The notes under the pieces are model-generated. The model worked only from the letters and a program-made list of their open reading frames with translations, had not been told where the DNA came from and searched no databases. A DNA stretch of 64,000 nucleotides. It comes from Candidatus Shapirobacteria bacterium (GTDB lineage Bacteria > Patescibacteriota > Microgenomatia > UBA12405). Shown here one piece after another: positions 39,348 through 49,800 of the stretch (positions are counted from its first letter, which is position 1; each line of letters starts with the position of its first letter). The stretch is taken from NCBI GenBank assembly GCA_041661765.1, contig JBAZTV010000003.1, positions 143,914 to 207,913 of the forward strand. Reading direction: 5' to 3'. Made by a program: the position numbers and the translations under genes.

Positions 39348-40065
39348 AAAACTTTTTATTTTTTTAACCGTCTTATCTATAACCTATATTCTACGACCTA
39401 ACATCTCATTTGCTCAAACTTTTGATTCCAATAGTTACCACATTGATTTTGGTAATTTCAACATGACTTCCGGTAAAAAATCTTCCACCAATTACAGTCT
39501 CACTGACACTGTCGGCCAAAATGCTCCCGGCCGATACGAAACCTCTGGTTATATTCTTAAAGCCGGTTTTCAATACCTTTATGAAAGTGGTATTCCTCTG
39601 TCTTTTGAAATCAGTAATACTAATTTAAATTTTAATTCCCTTACTCCAAATATTGGTTCAACTGTTACCAATACTTTAACCATCAGCACCCCAACCGGAC
39701 ACGGATACGACATTCTTGCTATTGCTAATCATCCCCTAAAATCTCTTGGTAATACCATTCCCGACACTAAATGTGACTCTGGTTCTTGTTCTGAGTCTGT
39801 TTCTGGTGTCTGGACTAGTAATTCCACATACGGTTTTGGTTTTAATGCCAACGGTGATGGCACTTCCAGTTATTTCACCAATTCCACTTACTTCCGTCAA
39901 TTTGCCGACAACTCTTCTGGAGAAACCGCTAAAGTCTTGATGTCCGAACCAACTCGAGTCAAAGATCACTCCGCTCTCATCACTTATAAAATAAATATTT
40001 CTCCTCTCCAAGCCGCCGGCACTTACGAAAACTCTATTAATTTTATTGCCGTCCCTAAATATTAA
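39325..40065 (+). CDS. Hypothetical secreted cell-surface protein (signal peptide, beta-rich)
   Basis: Signal peptide LFIFLTVLSITYILRPNISFA. Shares the C-terminal motif AGTYENSINFIAV with the 41577 protein (PAGEYENSVSYIA). Confidence 0.45.
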   Translation: MTMNQITKKLFIFLTVLSITYILRPNISFAQTFDSNSYHIDFGNFNMTSGKKSSTNYSLTDTVGQNAPGRYETSGYILKAGFQYLYESGIPLSFEISNTNLNFNSLTPNIGSTVTNTLTISTPTGHGYDILAIANHPLKSLGNTIPDTKCDSGSCSESVSGVWTSNSTYGFGFNANGDGTSSYFTNSTYFRQFADNSSGETAKVLMSEPTRVKDHSALITYKINISPLQAAGTYENSINFIAVPKY

Positions 40066-40936
40066 AACCTCTATGCCCAACTTTAACCTCACTCTCTCTC
40101 CAGCTCAAATCGAATTTGTTTTAAAACCAGGAATCACTATTATCCAAGCCTACGATATTACCAATAATTCTGATTCATCGATTATCCTTAACACTGAGGT
40201 ATTGCCTTGGATTCCCAGTGGCACCAACGGCTCTGTTAATTATAATCAAGCCGTCAGCAACCCCAACATTGAATTTTCCCTTAATAATTCCAACCTTCAG
40301 TTAGGTCAACCTTTTACTTTAGCCGCCAATTCTAAACAACAATTAGTTTTAAAAATCAAAACTAATTCAGATATCAACCTCTCCGACAATTATTACACTT
40401 TTTTCGTTCTTCAAGACCAAAACACCACTACTACTTCAAAAGATAATTTTAGCCAAGCCAGCGGCAAAATCGGTTCCCACCTTTTATTAACTATCTCCGA
40501 CACTGAAAATCCAAAAGTAACATCTGAAATTCAGTCTTTTTCCATTTCTCCAAAAATCAAAGATATTTTTTTTCAATCCATCACTTTTGAAGGAAAAATA
40601 AAAAATAATTCCGATTTTTTCTTCAAAACCAACGGTAAAATCACCATCACTAAAAACAACCAAATTATTAAAGAATTAGAACTAAATTCCGACAATGTTT
40701 TAAATCATCACAGTCGAGATATCTTTTGTACTGATCAAACCACTTGTAAAATAAATCCACCTTTTTGGCCCGGCCACTATAAAGTCACTGTTATTCTCGA
40801 TTCCTCTCTCAACGCTAAATCATATGAAACTTCATTTTACGTCTGGCCAATTTCCCCACTACTATTTATAGTGTTAGTTATTGGAATTATTTTCGGAGTC
40901 AGGAAATTTAAATCAAAACCAATTCCTAAAGTTTAA
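40046..40936 (+). CDS. Hypothetical surface protein with a C-terminal TM anchor and basic tail
   Basis: C-terminus WPISPLLFIVLVIGIIFGVRKFKSKPIPKV. Beta-rich Asn/Ser/Thr-rich ectodomain. Confidence 0.45.
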   Translation: MPSLNIKTSMPNFNLTLSPAQIEFVLKPGITIIQAYDITNNSDSSIILNTEVLPWIPSGTNGSVNYNQAVSNPNIEFSLNNSNLQLGQPFTLAANSKQQLVLKIKTNSDINLSDNYYTFFVLQDQNTTTTSKDNFSQASGKIGSHLLLTISDTENPKVTSEIQSFSISPKIKDIFFQSITFEGKIKNNSDFFFKTNGKITITKNNQIIKELELNSDNVLNHHSRDIFCTDQTTCKINPPFWPGHYKVTVILDSSLNAKSYETSFYVWPISPLLFIVLVIGIIFGVRKFKSKPIPKV

Positions 40937-41051
40937 AACCCACCCTGCTAAAAGACTATTCCTTTTTTTTCAAAATCCACCCCTACCCCTCCTTTGACTT
41001 AAAGGAGGGGTTTATTATTTATAATGTAATTTAAATTACTTATAATAAATA

Positions 41052-41462
41052 ATGAGACATATTAGTCCTATTGAGGCAATGACAAAAAGAGGTAATTTTA
41101 AATATCTGAAAGAGTTAAGATTACTTGCTAGACAAAACAGAAAAAACCCAACAAAATCGGAATTGTTAATTTGGAATATTATTTTAAAAAATAAACAAAC
41201 GGGTTATTTATTTTTAAGACAAAAGCCAATTGGAAGATTTATTTTAGATTTTTATTGTTCCAAATTATTATTAGCTATTGAAATAGATGGTGATTCACAT
41301 GATAAAAAACAATTTTTAGATAAAAGCAGAGATTTATATTTAGAGCAAAGAAAAATTAAAACAATCAGATTTAAAAATGAGGAAGCGTTGAATAATATTA
41401 AAGAAGTTAAACAAGATTTATCTGAAATAATTTCCAACAGAAAACAAGAATTAAAGTTTTAA
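41052..41462 (+). CDS. DUF559 (Vsr-like / PD-(D/E)xK-type) endonuclease-domain protein
   Basis: KSELLIWNIILKNKQTGYLFLRQKPIGRFILDFYCSKLLLAIEIDGDSH...DKSRDLYLEQRKIKTIRFKNEEA follows the DUF559 layout (R..P...E..LW...L......F.RQ..IG.YI.DF.C...L.IE.DG..H). Confidence 0.8.
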   Translation: MRHISPIEAMTKRGNFKYLKELRLLARQNRKNPTKSELLIWNIILKNKQTGYLFLRQKPIGRFILDFYCSKLLLAIEIDGDSHDKKQFLDKSRDLYLEQRKIKTIRFKNEEALNNIKEVKQDLSEIISNRKQELKF

Positions 41463-41576
41463 TCCCTCCCTTTTCAATACTTATAGTCAAATTATTAATT
41501 TCTTATTAAAATCAACTTCTTGACAAGAATATACCAAAAAGAATATTCTTAACACATCTAATACCAACTTAAAAAA

Positions 41577-42992
41577 ATGAAAAAATCCGCTTTTAGTGTC
41601 ATAGCCCTAATTATTCTAGTTTTACCAATCTATTTAACTTTCTTTGCCAACAAAAATAAAATTATTGCCGTTTCTTCCCTAAAAGATCAGGTCAGTAATG
41701 CTCAATTATCTTTTTTTGCTCGTTTATCTAGCTACTCTGGGTCTACATTAAAAGTTCTCAACTCCCCCGCTGGTGTTGCCCCAAATCTTTTTACCACCAA
41801 TCTTGGTATCGGTGATACTGTTGCTATTGCAGCCGGTGTCGGTTCTTCCATTTTTACCGTCAAAGATATTGGCGACACTAACAGTATTAGTTTAAGCGCC
41901 GCGATTGGTATCACTGTTCCCAATGGTTATATTATCGCTACTCGTTCTGGAACCCACACTGTATCTTTCACCCCAGTATCTTTTGGTGGCACAACTGAAA
42001 AATGGCAATTTTTAATTAGAGCCAGTGTCGGTAGTTCTACCCCATTTAAAGATGGCATGCCTGATCAAGATGGTTTTGATATAGGTGGAAGCAATTGTGC
42101 TACTGCTGGCTGTTTACTCAAAAGTACTGATGTCACTTGTCCTTATTCCACCGGCACCGCCAGTATTGGTAATACTATCGCTTTCACAGTAGCAGATATC
42201 GGTGATTCTGCTTTTGTCGGAACTTACAATGTAATTGAATGTGCTTATACTGGTGCCACCTCTAAAATCGGGGTTGGAGGCAGTATGATTGTTGGCACTG
42301 CTAATGGCACTAAATTAATTAATCCCGCTTCATCAGCTAGTCGCGCTTTTGGTGTTTCTGATGTCTATTTTTACGGTTTTAGACAATTAGATGTCAATGG
42401 GAATGTTGTTGATTTAAGTTTTGGAAAAATAGCCGTTAACGACAGTGTTCGAGTTACCGCTATTGTCGACCCTATTTTAAGTTTCACTATTGCCGGTAAT
42501 AGTAACATCAAATGTGGCGCCCCCGTTGCTGTTGCCCCTGCTTTTAGCACCCCCACCTCACTTAGTTTCAGTTCATTAGTTTTAGAATCAACCGTCAACA
42601 ATCTTTCACAACTTATAACCGCCACTACTAATTCTTCTAGTGGTTATGTTGTTCAAGTCTTTGAAAATAACCCCCTCACTATTATTGGTACCACTACCAC
42701 TCTTCCTAATACCACCGCCAATGATACAGCTTGGCCATCAGTAACCGCTGCTTCAGGATTTGGTTATTCCATGGAAGTTGGTGTCACTAGAGCTGGTGCT
42801 GTTTTAGGAATTGGTAACACCGCTAATTATAAAGCTTTCGGAGTCGGCTATGGCGCCGCCGCTACAGTATTAAGCCACGCCGCGCCCAGTATCGACAGTG
42901 CATACATGTGTTACCGAATAAGTGCTACCCTACAGCAACCAGCTGGTGAATATGAAAATTCTGTTAGTTATATTGCCACTGCAACCTTCTAA
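41577..42992 (+). CDS. Hypothetical secreted cell-surface protein (471 aa), Gly/Thr/Ser-rich beta-rich
   Basis: Signal/anchor VIALIILVLPIYLTFFA. C-terminal motif related to the 39325 protein. Confidence 0.5.
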   Translation: MKKSAFSVIALIILVLPIYLTFFANKNKIIAVSSLKDQVSNAQLSFFARLSSYSGSTLKVLNSPAGVAPNLFTTNLGIGDTVAIAAGVGSSIFTVKDIGDTNSISLSAAIGITVPNGYIIATRSGTHTVSFTPVSFGGTTEKWQFLIRASVGSSTPFKDGMPDQDGFDIGGSNCATAGCLLKSTDVTCPYSTGTASIGNTIAFTVADIGDSAFVGTYNVIECAYTGATSKIGVGGSMIVGTANGTKLINPASSASRAFGVSDVYFYGFRQLDVNGNVVDLSFGKIAVNDSVRVTAIVDPILSFTIAGNSNIKCGAPVAVAPAFSTPTSLSFSSLVLESTVNNLSQLITATTNSSSGYVVQVFENNPLTIIGTTTTLPNTTANDTAWPSVTAASGFGYSMEVGVTRAGAVLGIGNTANYKAFGVGYGAAATVLSHAAPSIDSAYMCYRISATLQQPAGEYENSVSYIATATF

Positions 42993-43007
42993 AAATTAAA
43001 AAATAAA

Positions 43008-44006
43008 ATGAAACCTGCCACCCAAACAACCTTCAAAATCAGCGCCTTTCTTTTATTATTAGCCACCAATTATTCTCTCTTTACTCCTTCAGTTAAAGCT
43101 CAAAGTATTGAAGGATTATCAGCAATTCCTCCTCGATTAGAAATTACTGTTAATCCTGATGGAGCCATCACTAAAACCATCAAAGTTAGAAATGAATCTG
43201 ATAGTGATAAAACCGTTACTATTTCAATTGAAGATTTTGTTGTAAATGACAACAACGGCACCCCTACTATCGTTACTGCTTCTAAAGAAGATAATCGTTG
43301 GGCTGCCAGTTCTTGGATCCAAGTTTCCCCTTCTTCCGTCAAATTAAAAGCTGGCGAAACCAAATCATTAAATCTTACCGTTTTACCTCCCAAAAATGCC
43401 CTTCCTGGAGGTCATTACGCCATGGTTATTCAAAGCCCAGACAATAACGTCACTCTTAATACTACTGGTTCATCTATTCAACCCAGAGTCGGTACTTTAG
43501 TCTATATCACCATTCCTGGTGATATCAATCAAAATGCTGTTATTAAAAATTTCAGTGCTGGTAAATTCTTTGAATTTGGCCCAATCGATTTTGCCACCAC
43601 CATCCAAAATCTTTCCGATATTCATATCAAACCAGCCGGTAATATCACTATTACTAACATGATTGGCATGAAATCTTTCGTTCAATTCAATAAAGACGGT
43701 AATAATATCTTCCCTGGAAAAACCAGAGATTTTGAAAATCAACTCAATAAAAAATGGCTCTTTGGTCGCTATAAGGCTGAATTAAATGCTGCCTATGGCA
43801 GTGCTGGTGGTGTTGCCACTGCTGTTGTTTTTTTCTGGGTCATTCCTTGGAGATTCATGATCCTCGTCGCCGCTGCCATCGCTGTTCTCATTGCCGTTAT
43901 TATAATCATCAGAAATAAAAGTGGTGGCGACAAAGAAACTGAAGAAAAAGTCGACGAACTCGAAAAAGAATTAGAGGCTTTAAAGAAAAAATACAAAGAT
44001 AGATAA
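43008..44006 (+). CDS. Hypothetical surface protein with an N-terminal signal peptide, a C-terminal TM anchor and a charged coiled tail. Architecture resembles DUF916/DUF3324-type cell-surface proteins.
   Basis: Signal ISAFLLLLATNYSLFTPSVKAQS. C-terminus VVFFWVIPWRFMILVAAAIAVLIAVIIIIRNKSGGDKETEEKVDELEKELEALKKKYKDR. Confidence 0.45.
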   Translation: MKPATQTTFKISAFLLLLATNYSLFTPSVKAQSIEGLSAIPPRLEITVNPDGAITKTIKVRNESDSDKTVTISIEDFVVNDNNGTPTIVTASKEDNRWAASSWIQVSPSSVKLKAGETKSLNLTVLPPKNALPGGHYAMVIQSPDNNVTLNTTGSSIQPRVGTLVYITIPGDINQNAVIKNFSAGKFFEFGPIDFATTIQNLSDIHIKPAGNITITNMIGMKSFVQFNKDGNNIFPGKTRDFENQLNKKWLFGRYKAELNAAYGSAGGVATAVVFFWVIPWRFMILVAAAIAVLIAVIIIIRNKSGGDKETEEKVDELEKELEALKKKYKDR

Positions 44007-44138
44007 AACTTAAAATTAAAACCCACCCGCCCTGCGGGCACCCTCCCTTAAAAAAGGAGGGTTTTTGTTTATCCGTAGAGACGTTCTGCAGAACGTCTCT
44101 ACATAAAAAACATTATCCTGGGCACCCCGCATTGCGGG

Positions 44139-45116
44139 GTGCCCATATTAAAACAAAGTGCCCTGTCAAGGGAAAGGTGGTACGAAGTACCAAAGGGTTT
44201 AAAACAATTTGTGTATAATAATTTAATGCCACTTTTTTTATTATTATTTTTATCCCTGCTTTCCCCTTTTCAAGTCCAAGCTCAAACTTTTACTGATTCT
44301 CCATCCGTTTCTGTTTCCGCCGCCATCGGCGAAAACGAAGTCACTATCTTTGGTTACACCTCTCCCAATTCAAAAGTTGAATTAACTGGTATTAATATTT
44401 ATTCCCTCGATTACAGTGATGACACTGGTTATTTTAGATTTAATAGTTTAGTTTTACCTAGAAATTCTTCCGAGCTTTGTCTTCAGTCTAAAGATGATTC
44501 CAATCGTTCTTCATCTCTAATTTGCACTCCTCCACCACCCTCCACCAATTACCACACCGACATCGGTCCAATTATTCTCCCTCCTACCGTCTCCTTAGAA
44601 CAAGACAATATTAATCCCAATTCTACTGTTATCTCATCTGGCCAAAGTATTCCCAAATCAACTGTCACTGTTTATTTTTACAAAGTCGACGATTCCGCTC
44701 AATCTTTTCCTCGCTCCGTCGAAGCTTATTCACTACCAAAAATTGAAACCACCACCGATGAAAAAGGCAATTATAATATCAATCTTCCCACTGCCTATTC
44801 CAGTAATTACCGTCTCTACACATCAGTTACATACGATAATAATTTTTCCCCAAAATCTAATACCCTCTTATATACCATGCCTTCTCTTTTCTGGCTCTTC
44901 CTTCAACAACACGCTTATCTTACAGTTCTTCTACCCATCTTTATTTTTTCTCTTATCTTATTTTTTATTCTTATATTCATACAGACAGGGCATCGCCCCA
45001 TCTCTATCGTTCATTTTTTCCCAGCTCTCCGCACCTCATATCCCGCCATCAAAACCCAACATTTCCCCATTCTTTATCCCGATCATTTGCCTCGCAATTT
45101 TAAAATAGCAAAATAA
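44139..45116 (+). CDS. Hypothetical surface protein with a C-terminal hydrophobic anchor. The 5' end reads through a repeat, so the real start is probably near 44229.
   Basis: Internal signal-like MPLFLLLFLSLLSPFQVQAQT. C-terminal LPIFIFSLILFFILIFIQTG. Confidence 0.4.
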   Translation: MPILKQSALSRERWYEVPKGLKQFVYNNLMPLFLLLFLSLLSPFQVQAQTFTDSPSVSVSAAIGENEVTIFGYTSPNSKVELTGINIYSLDYSDDTGYFRFNSLVLPRNSSELCLQSKDDSNRSSSLICTPPPPSTNYHTDIGPIILPPTVSLEQDNINPNSTVISSGQSIPKSTVTVYFYKVDDSAQSFPRSVEAYSLPKIETTTDEKGNYNINLPTAYSSNYRLYTSVTYDNNFSPKSNTLLYTMPSLFWLFLQQHAYLTVLLPIFIFSLILFFILIFIQTGHRPISIVHFFPALRTSYPAIKTQHFPILYPDHLPRNFKIAK

Positions 45117-45335
45117 AATTAATTAAACCCTAACCCTACCCTTTCCCTTGACAGGGCAAGGGTTAAAAAAAATGCTCCCTTGTCAAGGGGAGATGTCCGA
45201 CCTTGCCTGCCGGCAGGCAGGAGGGCTGAGGGGTTTTAAATAAAGAGAGAAGGTGGGTTTTAATTTCTTTTTATAATAAATATTACAATTACTTGATATA
45301 TTTTATTAATATTATTCTCATTTATACTTTAAATT

Positions 45336-45725
45336 ATGCTTAGTCAAAATGATTTAATTCAAATTAAAACAGTTGTTGAAAATGTTTTTGATGACAAATT
45401 TAAAAAAGAACTTCAACCTATTAATAATAGATTAGACAAAATGGATGAAAGGTTCGATAAAATCGATAATAAATTAATTGAACATGATACTAAGTTCGAT
45501 AAAATGGATGCCAGATTTGACCAAGTCGACGAAAGGTTTAAACAAATTGATATTAAATTTGACAAGATTAATTCTAAGTTTAAAAAAGTAGACAAACAAC
45601 TCAAAAAAATTCAAAAAGATCTCACCACCACTATAAAATACTTCGACAATAATTGTCTTGCACACAAAAAACATCTCGACAGAATAGAACAGCATCTCGG
45701 TTTACCTCAATTTCCAATTGTTTAA
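45336..45725 (+). CDS. Small heptad-repeat coiled-coil protein (129 aa). Paralog of 62074-62343.
   Basis: Tandem 7-aa repeats of the form (I/M/V)D.(R/K)FDK (RLDKMDERFDKIDNKL...FDKMDARFDQVDERFKQIDIKFDKINSKFKKVDKQLKK). Conserved C-terminus TTIKYFDNNCLAHKKHLDRIEQHLGLPQFPI. Confidence 0.5.
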   Translation: MLSQNDLIQIKTVVENVFDDKFKKELQPINNRLDKMDERFDKIDNKLIEHDTKFDKMDARFDQVDERFKQIDIKFDKINSKFKKVDKQLKKIQKDLTTTIKYFDNNCLAHKKHLDRIEQHLGLPQFPIV

Positions 45726-45939
45726 ATCCCTTTTTATTTTAAAACCCTCCGTGACCAAAACCCCTCTGTTCCCCGCGTCAGCGGGGAACAACAATTCTTT
45801 TTTATTCAAAACCTCTCAGTCTCGCTTCGCTCGCCAGCTCCCCTTAACAAAGGGAGCAGCCTAAAAAATAAAGACTTTCTCCCTTGATAAGGGAGAATCC
45901 CGGTTTATCCGGAAGAGGGATTTGTTGTATACTTAATTA

Positions 45940-46353
45940 GTGAAAAACAAATATCTATTTATCATCGCCTTTTTATCCCTCGCCTTAATTGCTTCTTTAT
46001 ATTTAGTTCTTCGAACCACTATTTTTGTTAAAAAAGCCGCTACCGACAATCAATCCACTGTTGCTCTAGAAAATTCATATCTTTTTGTTTCCCCTCTCCA
46101 AGCCAAAGCCGACGGCAAAGAAAAAATGCGTCTCACCATTTTTATTCTCGATGGCCGAGGCATGGGAATCGCCAATCAAGTTGTCAGCCTCTCAACTTCT
46201 TCCAAAATTAATATCACCAGTATTCAAAATCAAACCGACGAATCAGGCAAAGCCGTTTTCGATTTAACATCCAGTTCTGCCGGTAAATTCAATGTCTCTG
46301 CCCAAACTGGCGACGCCACCATTCCCCAACAAGTTAAGGTGGTGTTTTATTAA
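45940..46353 (+). CDS. Small membrane-anchored protein with a bacterial Ig-like (Big-like) domain. Paralog of 63034-63486.
   Basis: N-terminal TM. AKADGKEKMRLTIFILDGRGMGIANQVVSLS...DESGKAVFDLTSSSAGKFNVSAQTGDA matches the Big_1 / invasin-type Ig-like domain pattern. Confidence 0.45.
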   Translation: MKNKYLFIIAFLSLALIASLYLVLRTTIFVKKAATDNQSTVALENSYLFVSPLQAKADGKEKMRLTIFILDGRGMGIANQVVSLSTSSKINITSIQNQTDESGKAVFDLTSSSAGKFNVSAQTGDATIPQQVKVVFY

Positions 46354-46654
46354 ACAAAACCCCCTCCAGCTACTGCGGGAAGGGATTTTTTAGTCTCACC
46401 AAATCGTTTTTTACACGAATCGAATTTGCCAAACAACTAAACATAACAATTAACAACACCATTGTCAATTAGATATTGTTATTTAATTCACAAAAACCAT
46501 CGTGGATCTAGGGAGAATTGAACCCCCGAGACCAAATTTGGCAAATTCGATTCCCAACCTGGTAGGCCCACGACAACTTATATTAACACAATATTGTAAT
46601 TATTATTACAGAATATATTTAATTAAATAAAAATTATTTTGTTTTGGGCGATTC

Positions 46655-46814
46655 ATGAATCGCCCCTACATGTTATCCTTTTTATATATAATGCCTCGTA
46701 AAAAACCCTTTCAAAATCCCTCTAAATCTCCCTTTGACTTAAAGGGAGACTTTAAAAACAAAATTTTATTATCCCCTCCTTTAAGTCAAAGGAGGGGTAG
46801 GGGTGGATTTTGAC
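46655..46814 (+). promoter_or_regulatory. Conserved ~155-bp upstream cassette of the giant-protein genes. Contains a putative -10 (tatatataat) and two hairpins. Copies at 56474-56632 (near-identical) and 51820-51925 (partial).
   Basis: ...catgttatcctttttatatataatgcctcgtaaaaaaccctttcaaaatccctctaaatctccctttgacttaaagggagactttaaaaacaaaattttattatcccctcctttaagtcaaaggaggggtaggggtggattttgacATG. Confidence 0.6.
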
Positions 46815-49800
46815 ATGAAATCAAAAAAATTAGATATTAATAATTGGTCATATAAATCCTTATTAATAATTTTATTTTTTCTATTAATTGGTGTTGTTGT
46901 TTTATGGAAATTTGTTTTACCAAATCATAAAGTAGAGGCTAGTTGGTGGAATGATGGTTGGAATTATAGAAAAGCGGTTAGTATTAGTAATACATCAGGA
47001 TCTGATTTAACTGATTTTCAAGTTTCTTTATCTATAGGTACCAGTGCTTTAATTGCTTCCGGTAAAATGCAAAGTGATTGTGATGATATTAGAGTTACAG
47101 ATATTAATGGTAATTTGTTGCCGTATTGGATAGAAGAAAACAATCCTGGTTGTAATCAATTAACCGATACCAAAATTTGGATAAAGGCTAATTCCCTCCC
47201 CGTTTCCGATGCTACTATCTATATTTATTATGGCAACACTTCCGCTCCCTCATCTCAAAGTGGTACTAATACTTTTGAGTTTTTTGATGATTTTAATGAC
47301 GCCAGTAAAACAAACACCAACTGGACCGCAACCGGAACCGGATATACCATTACTGGCGGCAATCTTTACCATTCTACTACATTAGAACCAACCAATAATT
47401 TTACCTCTTATACTATTAATAATAGTTCTGGATTTACTAACGGAATAATTGAATCAAGAATGAAACCAGCTAGTTGTGGAAATTCTTACGGTAAAAGTAT
47501 TATCGCCAGATATACTGATGACAATAATCAATACATAGCTGGATTAGAAGCTTGGACTGGTGGTTACACTCACATCGGTAGAAGAGTAAGCAGTACCTGG
47601 ACAAACATCGATCAAGATATATTAGCCTGCAGTACCAGTACTTGGTATCAATTAAAATGGACTCTCAACGGATCTAATCAGTACTTAACAATTAATGGAG
47701 TTGCTTCCAGTGGTGTTGACACTAATCTTTCTTCTGGAAAAGTTGGCGTTTCTGTTGATAACCGAGAAACAGCAACAGGTGCTTATTGGGATTATATTTT
47801 TACTCATAAATACTCATCAGTTGAACCCACCGCCTCTCTCCAATCAGAAGAAGCCGGCGGCGGACCAATTGCTTATTGGAAATTTGACGAAGGCACCGGA
47901 AACAATGCTTACGATTCATCTAGTCAAAATAATACAGGATCAATGTTAAGTGCCCCTATTTGGAAAAATGAAAGTGAATGTGTTTCTGGAAAATGCTTAG
48001 CTTTTGATAATGTTGATGACGGCGTCAGTATTAATAAAAATTTTGTTGGTTTAACCGACTACACTATGTCAGCTTGGGTTAATATCAAAGGCACACACCA
48101 ACACTACACTGGCGCTATTATGTCTTCTGGTGATTGGAATACCCAATATTGGGTATTCGGTATTAGTCAAGCCAATGATGCCATAAACATGTGTGCCGGC
48201 AGTTGTTCTATAAATTATGCCTTTCAGTTAAATAAATGGACCCATGTAACTGTCACTAGAAGTGGTAGTCAATATACACTTTATATTAATGGAAAAAATA
48301 GTGGTACTTATTCTGGCAGTTCATCTGCTTTGGTCAGTAGTGCCACCAACACCACTATTGGTCGGGAAACTTATGGCGGTGGTTATTTTGCCTTTAATGG
48401 CTGGATCGACGAACCAAAAATTTATCCTTACGCCCGCACCGCCGACCAAATCAAACTCGATTATAATTCTCGCGGATCTTCCAAAGGCACTTCCGCTAAT
48501 TTAGGTGGCGCCGGAACTGATAACAATTTATCTAACGGTTTGGTTGGTTATTGGAAAATGGACGAAGGCACTATGGGAAGCGGAACCACTTTTACAGACT
48601 CATCAGGAAATGGAAATACCGGCACTGGCGTTAGTAGCGTTGCCGTATCAACAGGAGAATTTGGTAATGGTGTTGATATTCCAGGTCCTGGAGGCAGTGG
48701 TTTAGGATCAGTAATTAATGTTAATGATTCTGATTCTTTAGATATTGGTTATACCACACCAATGACAATTTCATTTTGGCTAAATGCCGATTCAACTGCC
48801 TGTGGTGCCATTATAAAAAAATCCGGTCTTTGGGAAATATATCGTTGTTCAGCTAATTTAACTATCCGTTTTGATGGTTATGATCAAGGTAGTTCATTTA
48901 ATTTAAATAACGGTCAATGGTATTTAGTTACAATGACACGTGATCCTTCTACTAACACCACAAAAGTCTATATAAACGGACAACAAACAGATAGTTGGAC
49001 ATATACTATTGGTACCCCAAATTATTCCGGAGGCATGGGAATAGGTGCTTACAATGGCGGATCTTATGCCATCGATGGCAAACTTGACGAAGTCCGCGTC
49101 TACAACCGCGCCCTTTCCCCTTCCGAAGTTTCTCAACTTTATGAATTCGCCCCCGGGCCAATCGGTTATTGGGATTTTAATGAAGCTTCTGGCACCGTCG
49201 CCAATGATAAAAGTGGAAATGGAAAAAATTTAACCACATACAATTCTCCAATTTGGAATCAAGGAAAAATTGGGTCTGCTTTAGATTTTAATGGTTCGAC
49301 TCAATATGCCAGAAGAACTAGTGAAACTAGTTTTCAAAGAGTAAATGGACAAGAAATATCCGTTTCTGTTTGGATATACCCCAAACGCTTAGGCGGACAA
49401 TATCAAGATATTGTCGCCAACAGATCTAGTTCTGGACTTAATTGGCTAATTTATCAACACACTACTGATGGATCAATACAATTCCATGGTTCTGCTCAAA
49501 ATAAATCTACCTATATTCCACCACTTAATCAATGGACTCATATCGAAACAACAATAGATGCAGTAGGAAATTATAAACTTTATGCTAATGGACAGATAGT
49601 TCAAAGTCTAACAGGATACACCTTTGGTACTAGCGGTATCACTGAATTAACTGTCGGCAATTTTAGTGCAAACGAATATTATTTAGGCAAAATAGACGAA
49701 GTCAAAATCTACAACTACGCCCGCACCCAAAAACAAATTATTGAAGATATGAACGCCAACCACCCCGCCGTCTCAGCCAATTCTGCCATCGCTTATTACA

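Noticed and set aside
46495-46575. Apparent tRNA gene on the minus strand (GGTTCAATTC T-loop-like motif)
   Set aside because: A complete cloverleaf could not be built. No 5' acceptor strand complementary to the putative 3' acceptor, and an extended 9-bp stem instead of a 5-bp T-stem. Kept only as a possible tRNA-3'-half-like remnant in the findings.
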